A stretch of DNA of 64,000 nucleotides from Octopus vulgaris (lineage: Eukaryota), in the NCBI GenBank assembly GCA_951406725.2, contig OX597822.1:27404001-27468000 (forward strand), in the 5' to 3' direction. Every line of letters starts with the position of its first letter. Within the stretch, counting starts at the first letter, position 1. Under the pieces are notes generated by a model. That model ran no database searches. It was not told the origin of the DNA and worked only from the letters and a program-made list of their open reading frames with translations. Positions 14,010-27,720 of this stretch are shown piece after piece. The position numbers and the translations under genes are program-made.

Positions 14010-14057
14010 GTTTTATAGCAGTTTCCAGGATATTTATTATATACCTTCATCGGAGAC
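14010..14057 (-). ncRNA. Degenerate hammerhead ribozyme (CCGAUGA core)
   Basis: Minus strand reads GUCU-CCGAUGA-AGG..UCCU-G-GAAA-CUGCUAUA-AAAC. Confidence 0.55.
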
Positions 14058-14244
14058 GGTGTGAGAAAATGGTTAAGCAATAGCTAATTTAGATAAGATA
14101 CGAAATAGAGAGTGAAGTGGAGGAATGAAAATAGATGTGAGATATGCAAGGATATTGCATTTGTAGATCCGTTATTTAGGCAGAATGGTATATATATGTA
14201 GCAAATGAAAGACAGAAGACGGAATATATGTGAATTTATTAATA

Positions 14245-14350
14245 ATCGCGACAATTGTTTCGACACATCTAGCATCGATTCCTCTTGGGTGGGACACTCA
14301 ACAACTGGTTCAGGAGCATTCGGTGGTGCAGATATATCTCATCGGGTGAT
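14245..14350 (-). ncRNA. Hammerhead ribozyme (CCGAUGA core, long stem II)
   Basis: Minus strand reads AUCAC-CCGAUGA-GAUAUAUCU...AGAUGUGUC-GAAA-CAAUUGU-C-GCGAU. Stem II is 9 bp, stem III is palindromic and the cleavage site is GUC. Confidence 0.78.
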
Positions 14351-14449
14351 AAGTAAATAAAGACAGCTCGTTAAAATGACTATTCCACTATATAGCTTTC
14401 CGATTTGTAGAGAAAAAACAGCCAGACGGACGGAGGAAATATCTTCATA

Positions 14450-15726
14450 CGAGGGGCGTTCAATAAGTAATGCTTCTGACCCACTTGCATTTGTTTGACC
14501 TAGCTGAAATTTTGCATGTACAATTATTTATATCTTTATAGATTAAGTGGCAAATTACAGCTCTGAACTAATTGTGGTTTCTGATTTACAGGTGTTTGAA
14601 CTGAGTCAAGTGTGAAATGGAGCCTGTTGAGTGTCGAGCAGTGATCCGGTTTTTGTATTTGAAAGGACGCACACCACGGGAGACTTTTGATGAAATGAAA
14701 GTAACTTATGGTGATGATGCCCCATCATATGACCTTGTAAAACGCTGGCATCGTGAATTCAAACATTGTCGGAACTCTGTGGAAACAGCTCCCAGATCTG
14801 GTCGTCCCCTTCTGCCATTGATGAGGCATCTGTCCGTCATGTTGAGGCTGCCATTTTGGAAGATCGACGCATAACTATTCGCCAAATAGCCCATGAGGTC
14901 AAGATTAGTACCGGTTCTGTGGAAACTATCATTCATGACCATTTGCATATGCAAAAGGTGTCTGCCAGATGGATTCCCAGGTTGCTCACATCTTTTCAGA
15001 AGCAAGAACGTGTCGATTGCTCGAGGATGAATTTGGAGATGTGCCAAGAAAATGAGTCAAAATTTTTCAAAATACTGATTACACAGGATGAAACCTGGGT
15101 CCATCACAATGATCCAGAGACCAAAGCCCAGTCAATGCAGTGGACACACCGTGACTCACCTCCTCCAAAGAAGGCAAGGGTGCAGCCCTCTGCTGGCAAG
15201 GTCATGCTCACAGTCTTCTGGGACCAGGACGGAGTACTGATGACAGATTTCCTGGCAAAGGGTGCCACAATTACATGAGCCTATTATGCTTCACTTTTGA
15301 CGAAATTAAGAGAAGCTATCAAAATCAAGAGGCGGGGCAAGATCAGCAAAGGCATCTTCCTCTTGCAGGACAACGCTCCGGTTCACAACTCGCGTGTCGC
15401 CAGATCAGAAGCACAGGCCTGCGGCTATGAACTCATCCCTCCTGACCTTGCACCCTCTGATTTTCACCTCTTCCCATCTATGAAGTTGTTTTTGAAAGGA
15501 AAGCGTTTCCCAGATGATGCAGCCTTGATTTCTGAAGTCACGTCGTGGTTGGAGGACCAAGCTGGGGTCTACTACAAAAACGGTCTTCAGAGCTGCATTA
15601 AACGATGTGAGAAATGCGTAACTCTGGGTGCTTCCTATGTAGAAGAAGACTAATAACTGTGCCAAGTTTCGTTGTTCTACTGCTATGGGAAGTGGGTCAG
15701 GGGCATTACTTATTGAACGCCCCTCG
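14450..15726 (+). mobile_element. Full-length mariner transposon (irritans/Himar-like) with a disrupted transposase
   Basis: TIRs cgaggggcgttcaataagtaatgc and gcattacttattgaacgcccctcg, flanked by TA. Motifs include WIPRLL, TQDETW, LLQDNA and PDLAPSDF. Confidence 0.96.
14617..15653 (+). pseudogene. Mariner transposase pseudogene
   Basis: Split over ORFs 14617-14874, 14766-15278 and 15297-15653 by a frameshift and a stop. Most of the HPPYS motif is deleted. Confidence 0.92.
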
Positions 15727-15797
15727 TATGTATAGAAGCACAAAAATAAAATTGTAGATGACAAAAAAAGAAACGAACAAGTAGTCCAGCGAGAAAG

Positions 15798-15799
<2 letters not shown>

Positions 15800-15829
<30 letters not shown>

Positions 15830-16000
15830 TGTATGTATGTATGTATGTATGTATGTATGTATGTATGTATGTATGTATGTGTGTGTGTATGTGTGTATGT
15901 ATGTATGTATGTATGTATGTATGTATGTATGTATGTATGTATGTATGCATGTGTGTGTGTGTATGTATGTATTTATGTGTGTGTGTGTGTGTGTGTGTGT
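15800..16000. repeat. (TATG)n/(TG)n microsatellite
   Basis: Direct reading. Confidence 0.95.
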
Positions 16001-16584
16001 TTCTGTGTGCGTCTGTGGTATGATGAACTTTAAAGATTTCCTCGCTAATCCTAGGAGACGACAACTACTAGGTTTTCTCGCAATTTAAAAACAATACAAA
16101 TTAATAATAACACAATAGCAGATTATATATCCCTGCTATTGCGACTTTGCATTAGAATCCAAATCATTTCTTGATTCAGAGAGTCTTTATGAGGCAAGAT
16201 TTAACGAAAAGTAAATGTTTAAAGACTACTCATCAGCTATCTTCGTTGTTTTGTGTTTTTTTTATTTGTATGTAGCATTTTGTCATTTGTTGTAGGTTTC
16301 TGAAAGAATCAATTGCTGGTATTTTGCAATTTGCAGATAAACATTACGGATTAATTACGAAGGCAGAGGTCATGAACGAGTGTCTACAGAAATTAGAAGA
16401 AACAAATACCATACACGACATCTGTTTGTTTGTTTGTTTATATACACATATATTTATTGTTGGAAATATCAGTTAATAGGCCATTTTCATGCTGTTGTAT
16501 AAGCATCTATGTACATACATACATACATGCAGATGTTGGTGCATAAATACACACGCAGACATATACACATATGCACGTACGTAC

Positions 16585-16842
16585 GCATGTATGTATGTAT
16601 GTATGTATGTATGTATGTATGTATGTATGTATGTATGTATGTATGTATGTATGTATGTATGTATGTATGTATGCATGTATGTATGTATGTATGTATGTAT
16701 GTATGAATGTATGTATGTATGCATGTATGTATGTATGCATGTATGTATGTATGCATGTATGTATGTATGTATATATGTATGCATGCATGTATGTATGTAT
16801 GTATGTATGAATGTATGTATGTATGTATGTATGTATGTATGA

Positions 16843-16875
<33 letters not shown>

Positions 16876-18620
16876 TGTATGCATGTATGTATGTACGTAT
16901 GAATGTATGTATGTATGTATGTATGTATGAATGTATGCATGTATGTATGTATGTATGTATGTATGTATGTATGTATGTATGTATGTATGTATGTATGTAT
17001 GCATGCATGTATGTATGTATGTATGTATGTATGAATGTATGTATGTATGTATGTATGTATGTATGAATGTATGTATGTATGTATGTATGTATGTATGTAT
17101 GTATGTATGCATGTATGTATGTACGTATGAATGTATGTATGTATGTATGTATGTATGAATGTATGCATGTATGTATGTATGTATGTATGTATGTATGTGT
17201 GTATGTATATATGTATGAATGTATGCATGCATGTATGTATGTATGTATGTATGCATGTATGTATGCACGTATGAATGTATGTATGTATGTATGTATGAAT
17301 GTATGCATGTATGTATGTATGTATGCATGTATGTATGTATGTATGTATGTATGTATGTATGTATGTATGTATGTATGTATGTATGTATGAATGTATGTAT
17401 GTATGTATGTATGTATGTATGTATGTATGCATGTATGTACGTATGGATGTATGTATGTATGTATGTACGTATGAATGTATGTATGCATGTATGTATGTAT
17501 GTATGTATGTATGTATGTATGTATGTATGTATGTATGTATGTATGTATGAATGTATGTATGTATGTATGTATGCATGTACGTATGTACGTATGAATGTAT
17601 GTATGTATGTATGTATCTATGTATGTATGAATGTATGCATGTATGTATGTATGTATGTACGTATGAATGTATGCATGCGTGTATGTATGTATGTATGCAT
17701 GTATGTATGCACGTATGCATGTATGTATGTATGTATGAATGTATGCATGCATGTATGTATGTATGTATGTATGTATGTATGTACGTATGAATGTATGCAT
17801 GTATGCATGTATGTATGTATGTATGTATGTATGTATGCATGTATGTATGGACGTATGATTGTATGTATGTATGTATGAATGTATGAATGTATGTATGTAT
17901 ATATGTATGCATGTATGTATGTACGTATGAATGTATGTATGCATGTATGTATGTATGCATGTATGAATGTATGCATGTATGTATGAATGTGTGTATGTAT
18001 GAATGTGTGTATGTATGTATGTATGTATGCATGTATGTATGTACGTATGAATGTATGTATGTATGTATGTATGTACGTATGAATGTATGCATGTATGTAT
18101 GTATGTATGTATGTATGTATGTATGTATGTATGCATGTATGTATGTATGTACGTATGAATGTATGTATGTATGTATGTATGCATGCATGTATGTATGTAT
18201 GTATGTATGAATGTATGCATGTACGTATGTATGTATGTATGTATGTATGTATGTATGCATGTATGTATGTACGTATGAATGTATGTATGAATGTATGCAT
18301 GCATGCATGTATGTATGTATGTATGAATGTATGCATGTATGTATGTATGTATGTATGAATGTATATGGGTATGCATGTATGCATGCATGTATGTATGTAT
18401 GTATGTATGTATGTATGTATGTATGAATGTATGCATGTATGTATGTACGTATGAATGTATGTATGTATGTATGTATGCATGTATGTATGTATGTATGTAT
18501 GCTAGGTATGCATGTATGTATGCACGTATGAATGTATGTATGCATGTATGTATGTATGAATGTATGCATGTATGTATGTATGTATGTATGTATGTATGTA
18601 TGTATGTATGTATGCATGTG
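16585..18620. repeat. About 2-kb (TATG)n array with recurrent variant units
   Basis: TATG backbone with TGCA, TGAA and TACG variants. It produces the 714-aa and 731-aa YIHT ORFs. Confidence 0.97.
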
Positions 18621-19004
18621 GTGTGTCTATGCATGTATGTATGTGTATATTTTATGTATGTAGTTCCTGCAGCTGAAACCACTCATGTAGTTATTCTAAC
18701 TTTTCGTTTCCAATCGTCAGACGTCATATCAGGCGTTGCGGAATGAGACCAAACATAAAAACAGGCAGTTTCGAAATATATTTCTTATTAACTCTGTCTT
18801 ACCATCTCCGTCTGCAAGGTTTTTATCCTAGAAATAATCTGAAACCCAATATAACTATTTCTATGGTGATATTTTTATGCACTATGATATAATTTAGCTA
18901 GGAACGAGACGTAAGCATGGTAATGATAGAGGGAGATGATGTTCCTGTCACATAAGATGGTCAGCTACACTGAGTGATACATAAGGAAATTAGAAATGAC
19001 AATA

Positions 19005-19590
<586 letters not shown>

Positions 19591-20159
19591 TATCTCCAGA
19601 CACATTACTGAAATTTCATCACTGAATTGCATTTGAAGGTAAGTCCTCTTCAGTCAGGGTTTAGCTGAGGGTAAACTACAACAACGACAGTAGTACCAAC
19701 AACAATGGCAATGATGATGTCGATGATACCAAATACAATAACAACATCAATAAACGAGGGATGTTAATAGCTACTAGCGGGACACGTGAATATTTCCTGG
19801 AATTAATGGTAAACATATTGGGTAAGTTCTGAATACTTTATCCAAAACATATGAAAGCATAGCCTGTGCTTTGTCTGTATGGAAATTGGAATACGATGAT
19901 GTATTTTATATATACACTTTATATATTTTATGCATAATTTTATAGACTTAATATATAGCCCTCATAAAATAAATATTCACTCTTATTTTTCCTTTTTTCC
20001 CATAAACAACAAACAAATATCACGTATATATGATACAACATTTAGTTAAATTGCACATATCTGCCACGTTAGTCAGTGTGAATATTATGCGCATGCGTTA
20101 AGTGAGAGATGATGCAAAAAACTTGGTTCAATTTTTTAAAATACACTTTTTACTATCCA

Positions 20160-20345
20160 ACCACGACCTCCATCTCCACCACAACCACCAACGCTACCAC
20201 AACCACCACCGCCACCACCACTACTACTACCACCACCAATACCAACAACAACACTACCACCACTTCCACCACCAATACTACCACCACTTCCACCGCCACC
20301 ACTATCATCACTATCATCATCTATCATCACCAACACTATCATCAT
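20160..20345. repeat. (CCA/CTA/TCA)n trinucleotide low-complexity tract
   Basis: Direct reading. It explains the poly-H, poly-T and poly-G ORFs. Confidence 0.9.
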
Positions 20346-20534
20346 CTATCCCTCTCTCCCTCGCCTCTCCCTATATCTATCTCTGTCTCTCCCCTCTCTC
20401 TCACTCTGCCTTTCTTTAACCTCACCATCAGAACATCACTCCTCTGCTAAAATTATATTTTTAACTCTCCTCCTCTACCTTCAACTAAAGTTTTTAACCA
20501 AGCAATAAATTTTATGTTTCCCTTGCCGCATGTC

Positions 20535-20806
20535 ATGGACGCTTCTCTCTCCCTCTTTTTCTCTCCCCTATTTCTGTCTCACTCTTTGCCTTATTCTCTC
20601 TTTTCCTTCTCCTTTCTTTCGCTTCAACTAATAACGTGAAAGCGTTACAATTACATTCCCTCTACCTCGCGTTTTAGACGCTTCTCTCTCCCTCTTTTTT
20701 CTCTCCCACTTTTGCTCTCTCCTTTTCTTTTTCCTTTTTCTCTAATCACGTGACAGCGTTACCGACGGGCTAATTAACGCAATGACAAGCAGAATTATTA
20801 TAAGAT
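20535..20806 (-). mobile_element. Possible Helitron 5' fragment with an internal repeat
   Basis: Minus strand starts A|TCttataata. The motifs gacgcttctctctc and acgtga.agcgttac each occur twice. Confidence 0.4.
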
Positions 20807-22918
20807 ATTAGGCATATTAATAAAATTTTCGTGGAGCTGTAATTTACATCAATTTGGTGCTTCGTTTACAACTAACTCCACCATAGCTGAGAAAGTGGAA
20901 AGTCTTGGAAATAGAACGTTAGAAAGATGTTGAAACTTGGTATACAATTTTTAGGCGCTTGTATCAATTTTTAGCCTTAAAAATTAAGGAGGTTATCTTG
21001 CATGGAACTGAATGTTTATATGTACTAACATATTTAGAAGAAAACGCAGGAAAGCATAAATTTCTCATACCATTTATACGTTGCTCTCAACTAGCGCTTT
21101 ATCTAATTCTATATATACATGCAATTATATTCCGCGAGGATTTGCTGCATTGTAATAATGTAATGGAGTCTAACAATAAATTTTTATTTGAGCTCTGCAA
21201 TACAATGATATATTTTATGATGTATAAACATCCATTCGCCGTATGGATACGCAAGAACATAAACAAATAAGTAAAATCATTAAAGTATCATGTATTGAAA
21301 AAACAATTGATACGTGTTCAGGCCGTGCCAGAATGGTCTTTATCTGCATTTCGGTTCTTCGGTTCTTCATGTAGGAGAAATATAGCATTTCTATCAAGAC
21401 TACCCAGACAGCAAACATTCTTGTATTTTGACAGAGTTAATCATTAATTTGTGATGACTAAGACCAACCGATATAGGAAGCCTAGTAATTTCCTTTGCAA
21501 CAATACAGAAGTATTGTCGATCTCATTGCCGACTAGACTTTATCCCTAACAAATGCTGGCCATATCACTTGGCAAAATGAATCAATATTTATTTATTTTC
21601 TTTCATTAGATAAATTTAAATTTCTATTGACAGTTGATAATAATATTTTTCATTCTTGTCGAGATTGTGAAATTTTAGTTGTAATTCTTCCTCCTTTCTT
21701 TACACCTTTCTGCTGCATTTAATAATTCAACGACACTAGAATAATGTAATCTAAATAACTAGTTAAAATTTAAACAAACACTAGAAATCTAAGGAGACAA
21801 ATCTGATTTGCAATATTTTATAAAGCATTAAGCGATGACAAAATGAAAGAGACAGACTGAAAACATGGAGAACAATAGACAAAAATTTAATAAAAAAAAA
21901 CTCAAAAATAATGAAAAAATAGAACATTCGAAACATTCAAAGAAGATAAGAAAGTATCTTAACATGAGTCTTATTGAGAGATGAACTGGAATTGAAAATA
22001 TTACCATATTCTGTCAACGAATTAGACTATCATTAATGTATATATTAGTAATGAGTAATGTGGAAAATTGGTGTGACAAAATCATAGATGTAGTGTTTCA
22101 TCTATAAAATAGGACGTCATGCTTACAATGGCTTCTAATGTTTGTCCATAGACACTGAGAAATTCAATTGCAATTTATTAGTATTTTATATTAATTTTTG
22201 TTTCGTCTTTGTTTATTACAGCTAAATTAAATGTTTGTTAATAACCATTTATTTTTCAAGACTTGCAGCTCATTAAGTCGATATTAAATTAAACAGACGG
22301 ATGAAATATCGAAGGGGTTCCAATATCGGCCCGCTGACAACTAATGTTTGTTGCAATGACACTTATAATCACAAAAGCTCAAAACATGTGACAAATAGAC
22401 ACAGAATACTACAGTTATGTTATCTAACCCCATGCTAGCAATGATCGATCAAACTTACGAGACTTCCAGTTAAAAAAAGAGACCGATAGGATAAGTACCA
22501 GGCTTTAAAAATGAATACTGGTGTTGATTCGTCCGACTAAAATTACTAAAATTCTCCAAAGTCGTCCCCTTGTTTGACTGCAGTCCAATGACTGAAAGAA
22601 GTAAAAGAAGATATTATTTGGTATTTAATATAAGCAACCCAGGTGAAATATAGGAAAGTGAGATACTGAAGTCAACCTACAGTATTGAAAAACAGGAAAA
22701 TGCTTATTTCAAGTCCTGTTACTCTTCGTTTTAACGTCTTACTGATTCTATGCTGTTATAAAATGCATTAGTGTAATATCTCGTTAATGTTTTGTGCTGG
22801 ACATGAAAAAGTATTACAAGTGAGAGGATCTTGTCTTTTCGGAAGACTAAATCTCACTTTCTCACCTGATGTAGTGATATCATTCAGTGGAAAATATTCA
22901 TTTGTCTACTTGCCCATA

Positions 22919-23305
22919 GGCGCAGGAGTGGCTGTGTGGTAAGTAGCTTGCTTATCAACCACATGGTTCCGGGTACATTCTCACTGCGTGGCACCTTGGG
23001 CAAGTGTCTTCTACTATAGCCTCGGGCCGACCAAAGCCTTATGAGTGGATTTGGTAGACGGAAACTGAAAGAAACCCGTCGTATATATGTGTGTGTGTAT
23101 ATGTTTGTGTGTCTGTGTTTGTTCCCCCAACATTGCTTGACGAACGATGGTGGTGTGTTTACGTCCCCGTAACTTAGCGGTTCGGCAAAAGTAGTAGGCT
23201 TCCAAAGAATAAGTCCTGAGGTCGATTTGCTCGACTAGAGGCGGTGCTCCAGCGTGGCCACAGTCAAATGACTGAAATAAGTAAAAGAGTAAAAGAGTAA
23301 AGAGT
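22919..23305 (+). mobile_element. SINE family B (CORE-like)
   Basis: tRNA-like head ggcgcaggagtggctgtgtggtaag, CORE-like accttgggcaagtg, tail (gtaaaaga)n. Confidence 0.92.
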
Positions 23306-25884
23306 AATATATAGGAATAGCGGCGATCGAATTGTAATCATTCATTTTGGCTTCAAGGATGGAGTAAATACGAAATTGCCTCCATAAATGAATTTGTAAA
23401 GTTAGGTGAAATGTCCCACAGAGAATTGAAACCAAACTAATTTTGCTGCTATACGGGATCATATTTCTTGTTTGTAGTCTTCATTCGCTCATGTATGTGT
23501 ACAAATACCACACGCGCAAATGTGCATTCGCAAATGTATGCCCACACAAACACATATTGGTCATTAATTGCTATTCTTGTTTCTCTTGTTGTTATTGTTG
23601 TTGTTGCTGTTGTTCAGACCTGATCTATAATTAAAGGTGTTCCATCTACAACGTCTACTTTTTCTCAGACTGAAGTTTAGTTTATTTTGAAAGAGCAGAG
23701 TGTAACTTAATGGAGGGTATTTAATAAGTTTTTCAAAACTGAATTGAAAATCATTTCAAGGCACCCTCCAGTGGAGATTAGTTTATAGGTGTAGGAGCAT
23801 TTTAGTAATAAACGTATGTAATATGTGCAAACCAATCCATTAAAGGCGCACTTACATGTATAATCATTCAGTTTGACAAAATGGAACGCAAGAAATATAA
23901 ATGATAATAGAAATGATGTGATTTTGATAACAACCACAAAATCTTAAGTGGAAATAGACAAATAGAACGGAATTGAATTAATGAGAAAATAGCGGCAGAA
24001 TAAGCTTCAGAAGAAAATTAATTGAAATGAAACTTCAAGAGGTTCTTACCGATATTAGTGGAATATCGCGAACAAAATTATTAACAAAGAAAGCTTTTAA
24101 GATGCGCAATGAAAGACTAAGATAAAGGCAGTCAATTTCTTTGTATTATGTTATATAATTTAAAATCGTCGAGAAAGGCGCAATTTTTATTTATGTTTAT
24201 ATTAATTTGTTTTTCATCATAACGAAACGAGAAACAATGAAGTAATAATAGTAGAATTCCACCAATTCTATAATTTATACACAAAAGCATCAGGAAATAT
24301 GTTTCATAATTACTGCTAAAAGTTAACGGAAATTTCATTATCCATTTTATACTTTTGAAGTATCATTGCCGTATAGCTGAAATAATGTTTTTGCGTAACT
24401 TACAATATGTTCACTACTTGGTTGTTTTATTTTAGTGTCAGCGGCATTTTGTGTCACGTAGTTATCAAATCAGCGATATTTTAACATATAATAAATAGTT
24501 CACGGTGAAGAAAAAAACTTACTTTCCCTACGGAGAGTTTGAAGACTTATTGGAATATGTATATCTTTTAAACCAAAAACTAAGTAAGAACTCGTCACCG
24601 GATTCTACAACATAAAGGAGTCGCTGCATTACTGCAGCTCCCGAGGTTATCTGTGTTTAAATAAGCGAAGAAGATACTTTTGCCCTCTGTTCATCTGAAA
24701 AATAGTCATATGATGTGAAAAGCAAACAAAACTGTTTTGTAAATTTAAAAAAAATGCAATTTTAGCCATAATTATTCAAACATCTACAGGAAAACAGTAA
24801 AGTCAATGTTAACATAATTCAGTGGACGTCATCGACCTAATTCGAAATAAGCAACATTAGCTCGACGACTAATATTATTTGGATCATTTCTCCTTTCCAA
24901 CTCTTCTCAGATTTCGTTTACAATATTATATCATTTCATTCTTTAATACATTCTAGCAGATTCGAATGTGAATATCTGACTGCTCTTGTTTGTTCATCAC
25001 CAACTTATAGATGATGTGTGTTCATACCGCAATATTCGTAATAGGTGGAGTGGTGAACACTCATCGAGTAGAAGAGAAAAATGCTCTCTGACGACATACA
25101 AAACAAACCATAAGGTATTCACGTTGGAATCGACCAGAAAATATGAACAATGAATAAATCGTACTCGCTTTTCTGTATGCACTGCACCCCATGAATTATT
25201 AAATATTTCTTTTCTTTTTGCCAAATAAAAAGAAAAAAATAACTTTTCTCTATCACAGGTGTCATAAGTAGATTGTATTTGCGGTGATCTTGCGAGTTTC
25301 ACTTTCACGTAGGAAAGATAGCACTGTGTGAATTTTTGCTATCAACTTCTTGCATTTCAGTGCATTTAGTGCATTGATGTCATTCAATAGTGGATATACA
25401 TAATTTCTAATTGCTGCTACAACGTTGTGTTAATTGATAACACAAGGAAAGCATTTGTACCACGATGCAAAGTGTCGATCATTCTGCCAGCTATCTGGCA
25501 TCCATACCGATAGAGATCCAAAACGGTTACAATTCTAAGACGTGTTACTCTACTTTACACGCTCGGAGGTATCAATCAATGGGTGAACAAGTCTATTTAA
25601 ATCTTCAAAATGTATGATAGAACAGTCAGTTATTTAGATCGCAGTACATTACACGTATACTTTTATCGATATCAGAAGAATGAGAGACGAAGACGATCTT
25701 TGTAGGGTCTGCGTTTAGCACGCAAAGGCCCATTACAATATACTGCAAGCTATTTTTTCGAATCTAACAATTCTGAGAACTAACCCACCATTCTTACAAT
25801 ATGTACTTATTATATGTACGTTTTTATCAGAAGTGTCAGCTGATATCTAATAAATATTGAATGCAAACATTATTTTTATATTGA

Positions 25885-25925
25885 TGTTGTTGATGATGAT
25901 GATGATGATGAAGATGATGATGTTC

Positions 25926-26011
<86 letters not shown>
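25885..26011. repeat. (TGA)n then (TAA)n microsatellite
   Basis: Direct reading. Confidence 0.95.
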
Positions 26012-26012
<1 letters not shown>

Positions 26013-26416
26013 GGAATTACGACTGATAAAATATATCTGTCCAGGAATTTGACAAACTAAATAAATATAAGGACCCGGAAACTAAAGTACAAATGATGTG
26101 GCATCTTAAAACGAGAACTGCTCCTGTCATTGTAGGTGCCCTGGGTATGATAAAAAAAAAGGGATGTCAGAAATATCTAGATAAGATCCCGGAAGAACCA
26201 TGTCTTACAGAAATCCCAAAGATTGTGCTGACAAGTACTGCCCACATCCTTAGAAAAAACCCTATCAATTTAAATATCTGTGCTGTATTACATGAAGATG
26301 TATCACTACCTCCCCTCTCCAAGCTTTCAGTCATGTTGTAACATCGCTTACCCTTCACTCGCCCCAGGACGCTGGGTGTATCTCGGTAAATGTCTGTAAC
26401 AAAGATTCAGATTAAA

Positions 26417-26418
<2 letters not shown>
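26012..26418 (+). mobile_element. Dong/R4-like non-LTR retrotransposon 3' fragment within (TAA)n
   Basis: DKNISVQEFDKLNKYKD..MWHLKT..PVIVGALGMIKK..IVLTSTAHILRK is the C-terminus of a restriction-like endonuclease. (TAA)n lies on both sides. Confidence 0.85.
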
Positions 26419-26474
<56 letters not shown>

Positions 26475-26477
<3 letters not shown>

Positions 26478-27031
26478 GCCCTGATGCAGTACCAGGCAGT
26501 GGTTCTCATGGCTTCTGATCTTAACTGATTGGAAGTGTTATCATGTACATTGTTTTGTCTTGGTATAAAAGATGGGCTACAGCAAATATTCTGCTCAATA
26601 CCACAGATTTGCTTGTCAGTTGTTTGACCTTAACCAGTTGAGCATGTCCCTTAGTGGCTGACGATATGTGCATCTCTGATCACGAGCAGAAGTAGTGGGG
26701 GAGCATCATAGCCATGTGTTGAGAGGGATTGTTTGGGGTTTGAATAGTTCACCTCTGGAAACATGGGTGGTTCTTTCAACATCCTTAAACAACCCTTATT
26801 CAGGGACCGTTTGAGCGGGATGGGCTACTCAACCTGAAGAAAATTCTAACTGGGCCCCACCTGCAAGGTCATGTGCTGTTTATCTTGATATGAGATCACC
26901 ATGTCGCGCACATATGGTTGTGATGCATGTGCCTGGTGCACCTTTATCAGACGGGTAGTCATGATGGGTATATTGGGCTTCGTATATTTTACCCCAGTGT
27001 CACTTTGATGGCATGAACTGCTCTCTCACTC
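26475..27031 (+). mobile_element. Non-coding element of about 555 bp bounded by (TAA)n
   Basis: Sharp TAA boundaries on both sides, a near-identical copy at 27076-27471 and an older copy at 8085. Confidence 0.8.
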
Positions 27032-27062
<31 letters not shown>

Positions 27063-27075
27063 TCATGTACATTGT

Positions 27076-27471
27076 AATATCATGTACATTGTTTTGTCTT
27101 GGTATAAAAGATGGGCTACAGCAAATATTCTGCTCAATACCACAGATTTGTTTGTCAGTTGTTTGACCTTAACCAGTTGAGCATGTCCCTTAGTGGCTGA
27201 CGATATGTGCATCTCTGATCACGAGCAGAAGTAGTGGGGGAGCATCATAGCCATGTGTTAAGGGCTACTCAACCTGAAGAAAATTCTAACTGGGCCCCAC
27301 CTGCAAGGTCATGTGCTGTTTATCTTGATATGAGATCACCATGTCGCGCACATATGGTTGTGATGCATGTGCCTGGTGTACCCTTATCAGACGGGTAGTC
27401 ATGATGGGTATATTGGGCTTCGTATATTTTACCCCAGTGTCACTTTGATGGCATGCACTGCTCTCTCACTC
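27076..27471 (+). mobile_element. Second copy of the TAA element, truncated and internally deleted
   Basis: Starts at tatcatgtacattgtttt and lacks about 100 bp between ccatgtgtt and gggctactc. Followed by (TAA)n. Confidence 0.85.
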
Positions 27472-27519
<48 letters not shown>

Positions 27520-27720
27520 TGCAAGAACACTACAGTTTTCTCTGTTCGGACATACAAACGATCATTAGTAAATTTTAAAACTTTAATATCTACAACTTTC
27601 TCCCTGAATGGTCAAGAATGTAAGTATCCTTTTTATAGCAAGAACACCACAGTTTTCTCTGGCCGGACATACAAACAATCACCTTTAGAAAATTTATAAC
27701 TTTAGTATCTAAAAGTTTCT
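27520..27720 (+). repeat. Imperfect direct repeat of about 80 bp
   Basis: gcaagaacac.acagttttctctg..cggacatacaaac at 27521 and 27638. Confidence 0.8.

Noticed and set aside
18700-18725. CUGACGA..GAAA on the minus strand
   Set aside because: There is no room for stem II and no stem I pairing.
16473-18746. ORFs of 714 and 731 aa and many YVCM/YIHT ORFs
   Set aside because: They are translations of a (TATG)n array that lacks stops on one strand. There is no evidence of a protein.
20102-20450. His-, Thr- and Gly-rich ORFs
   Set aside because: Trinucleotide low-complexity sequence.
25359-25377. Resemblance to miR-33 (gtgcatttagtgcattg)
   Set aside because: It has deletions relative to the mature sequence and I see no complementary arm.
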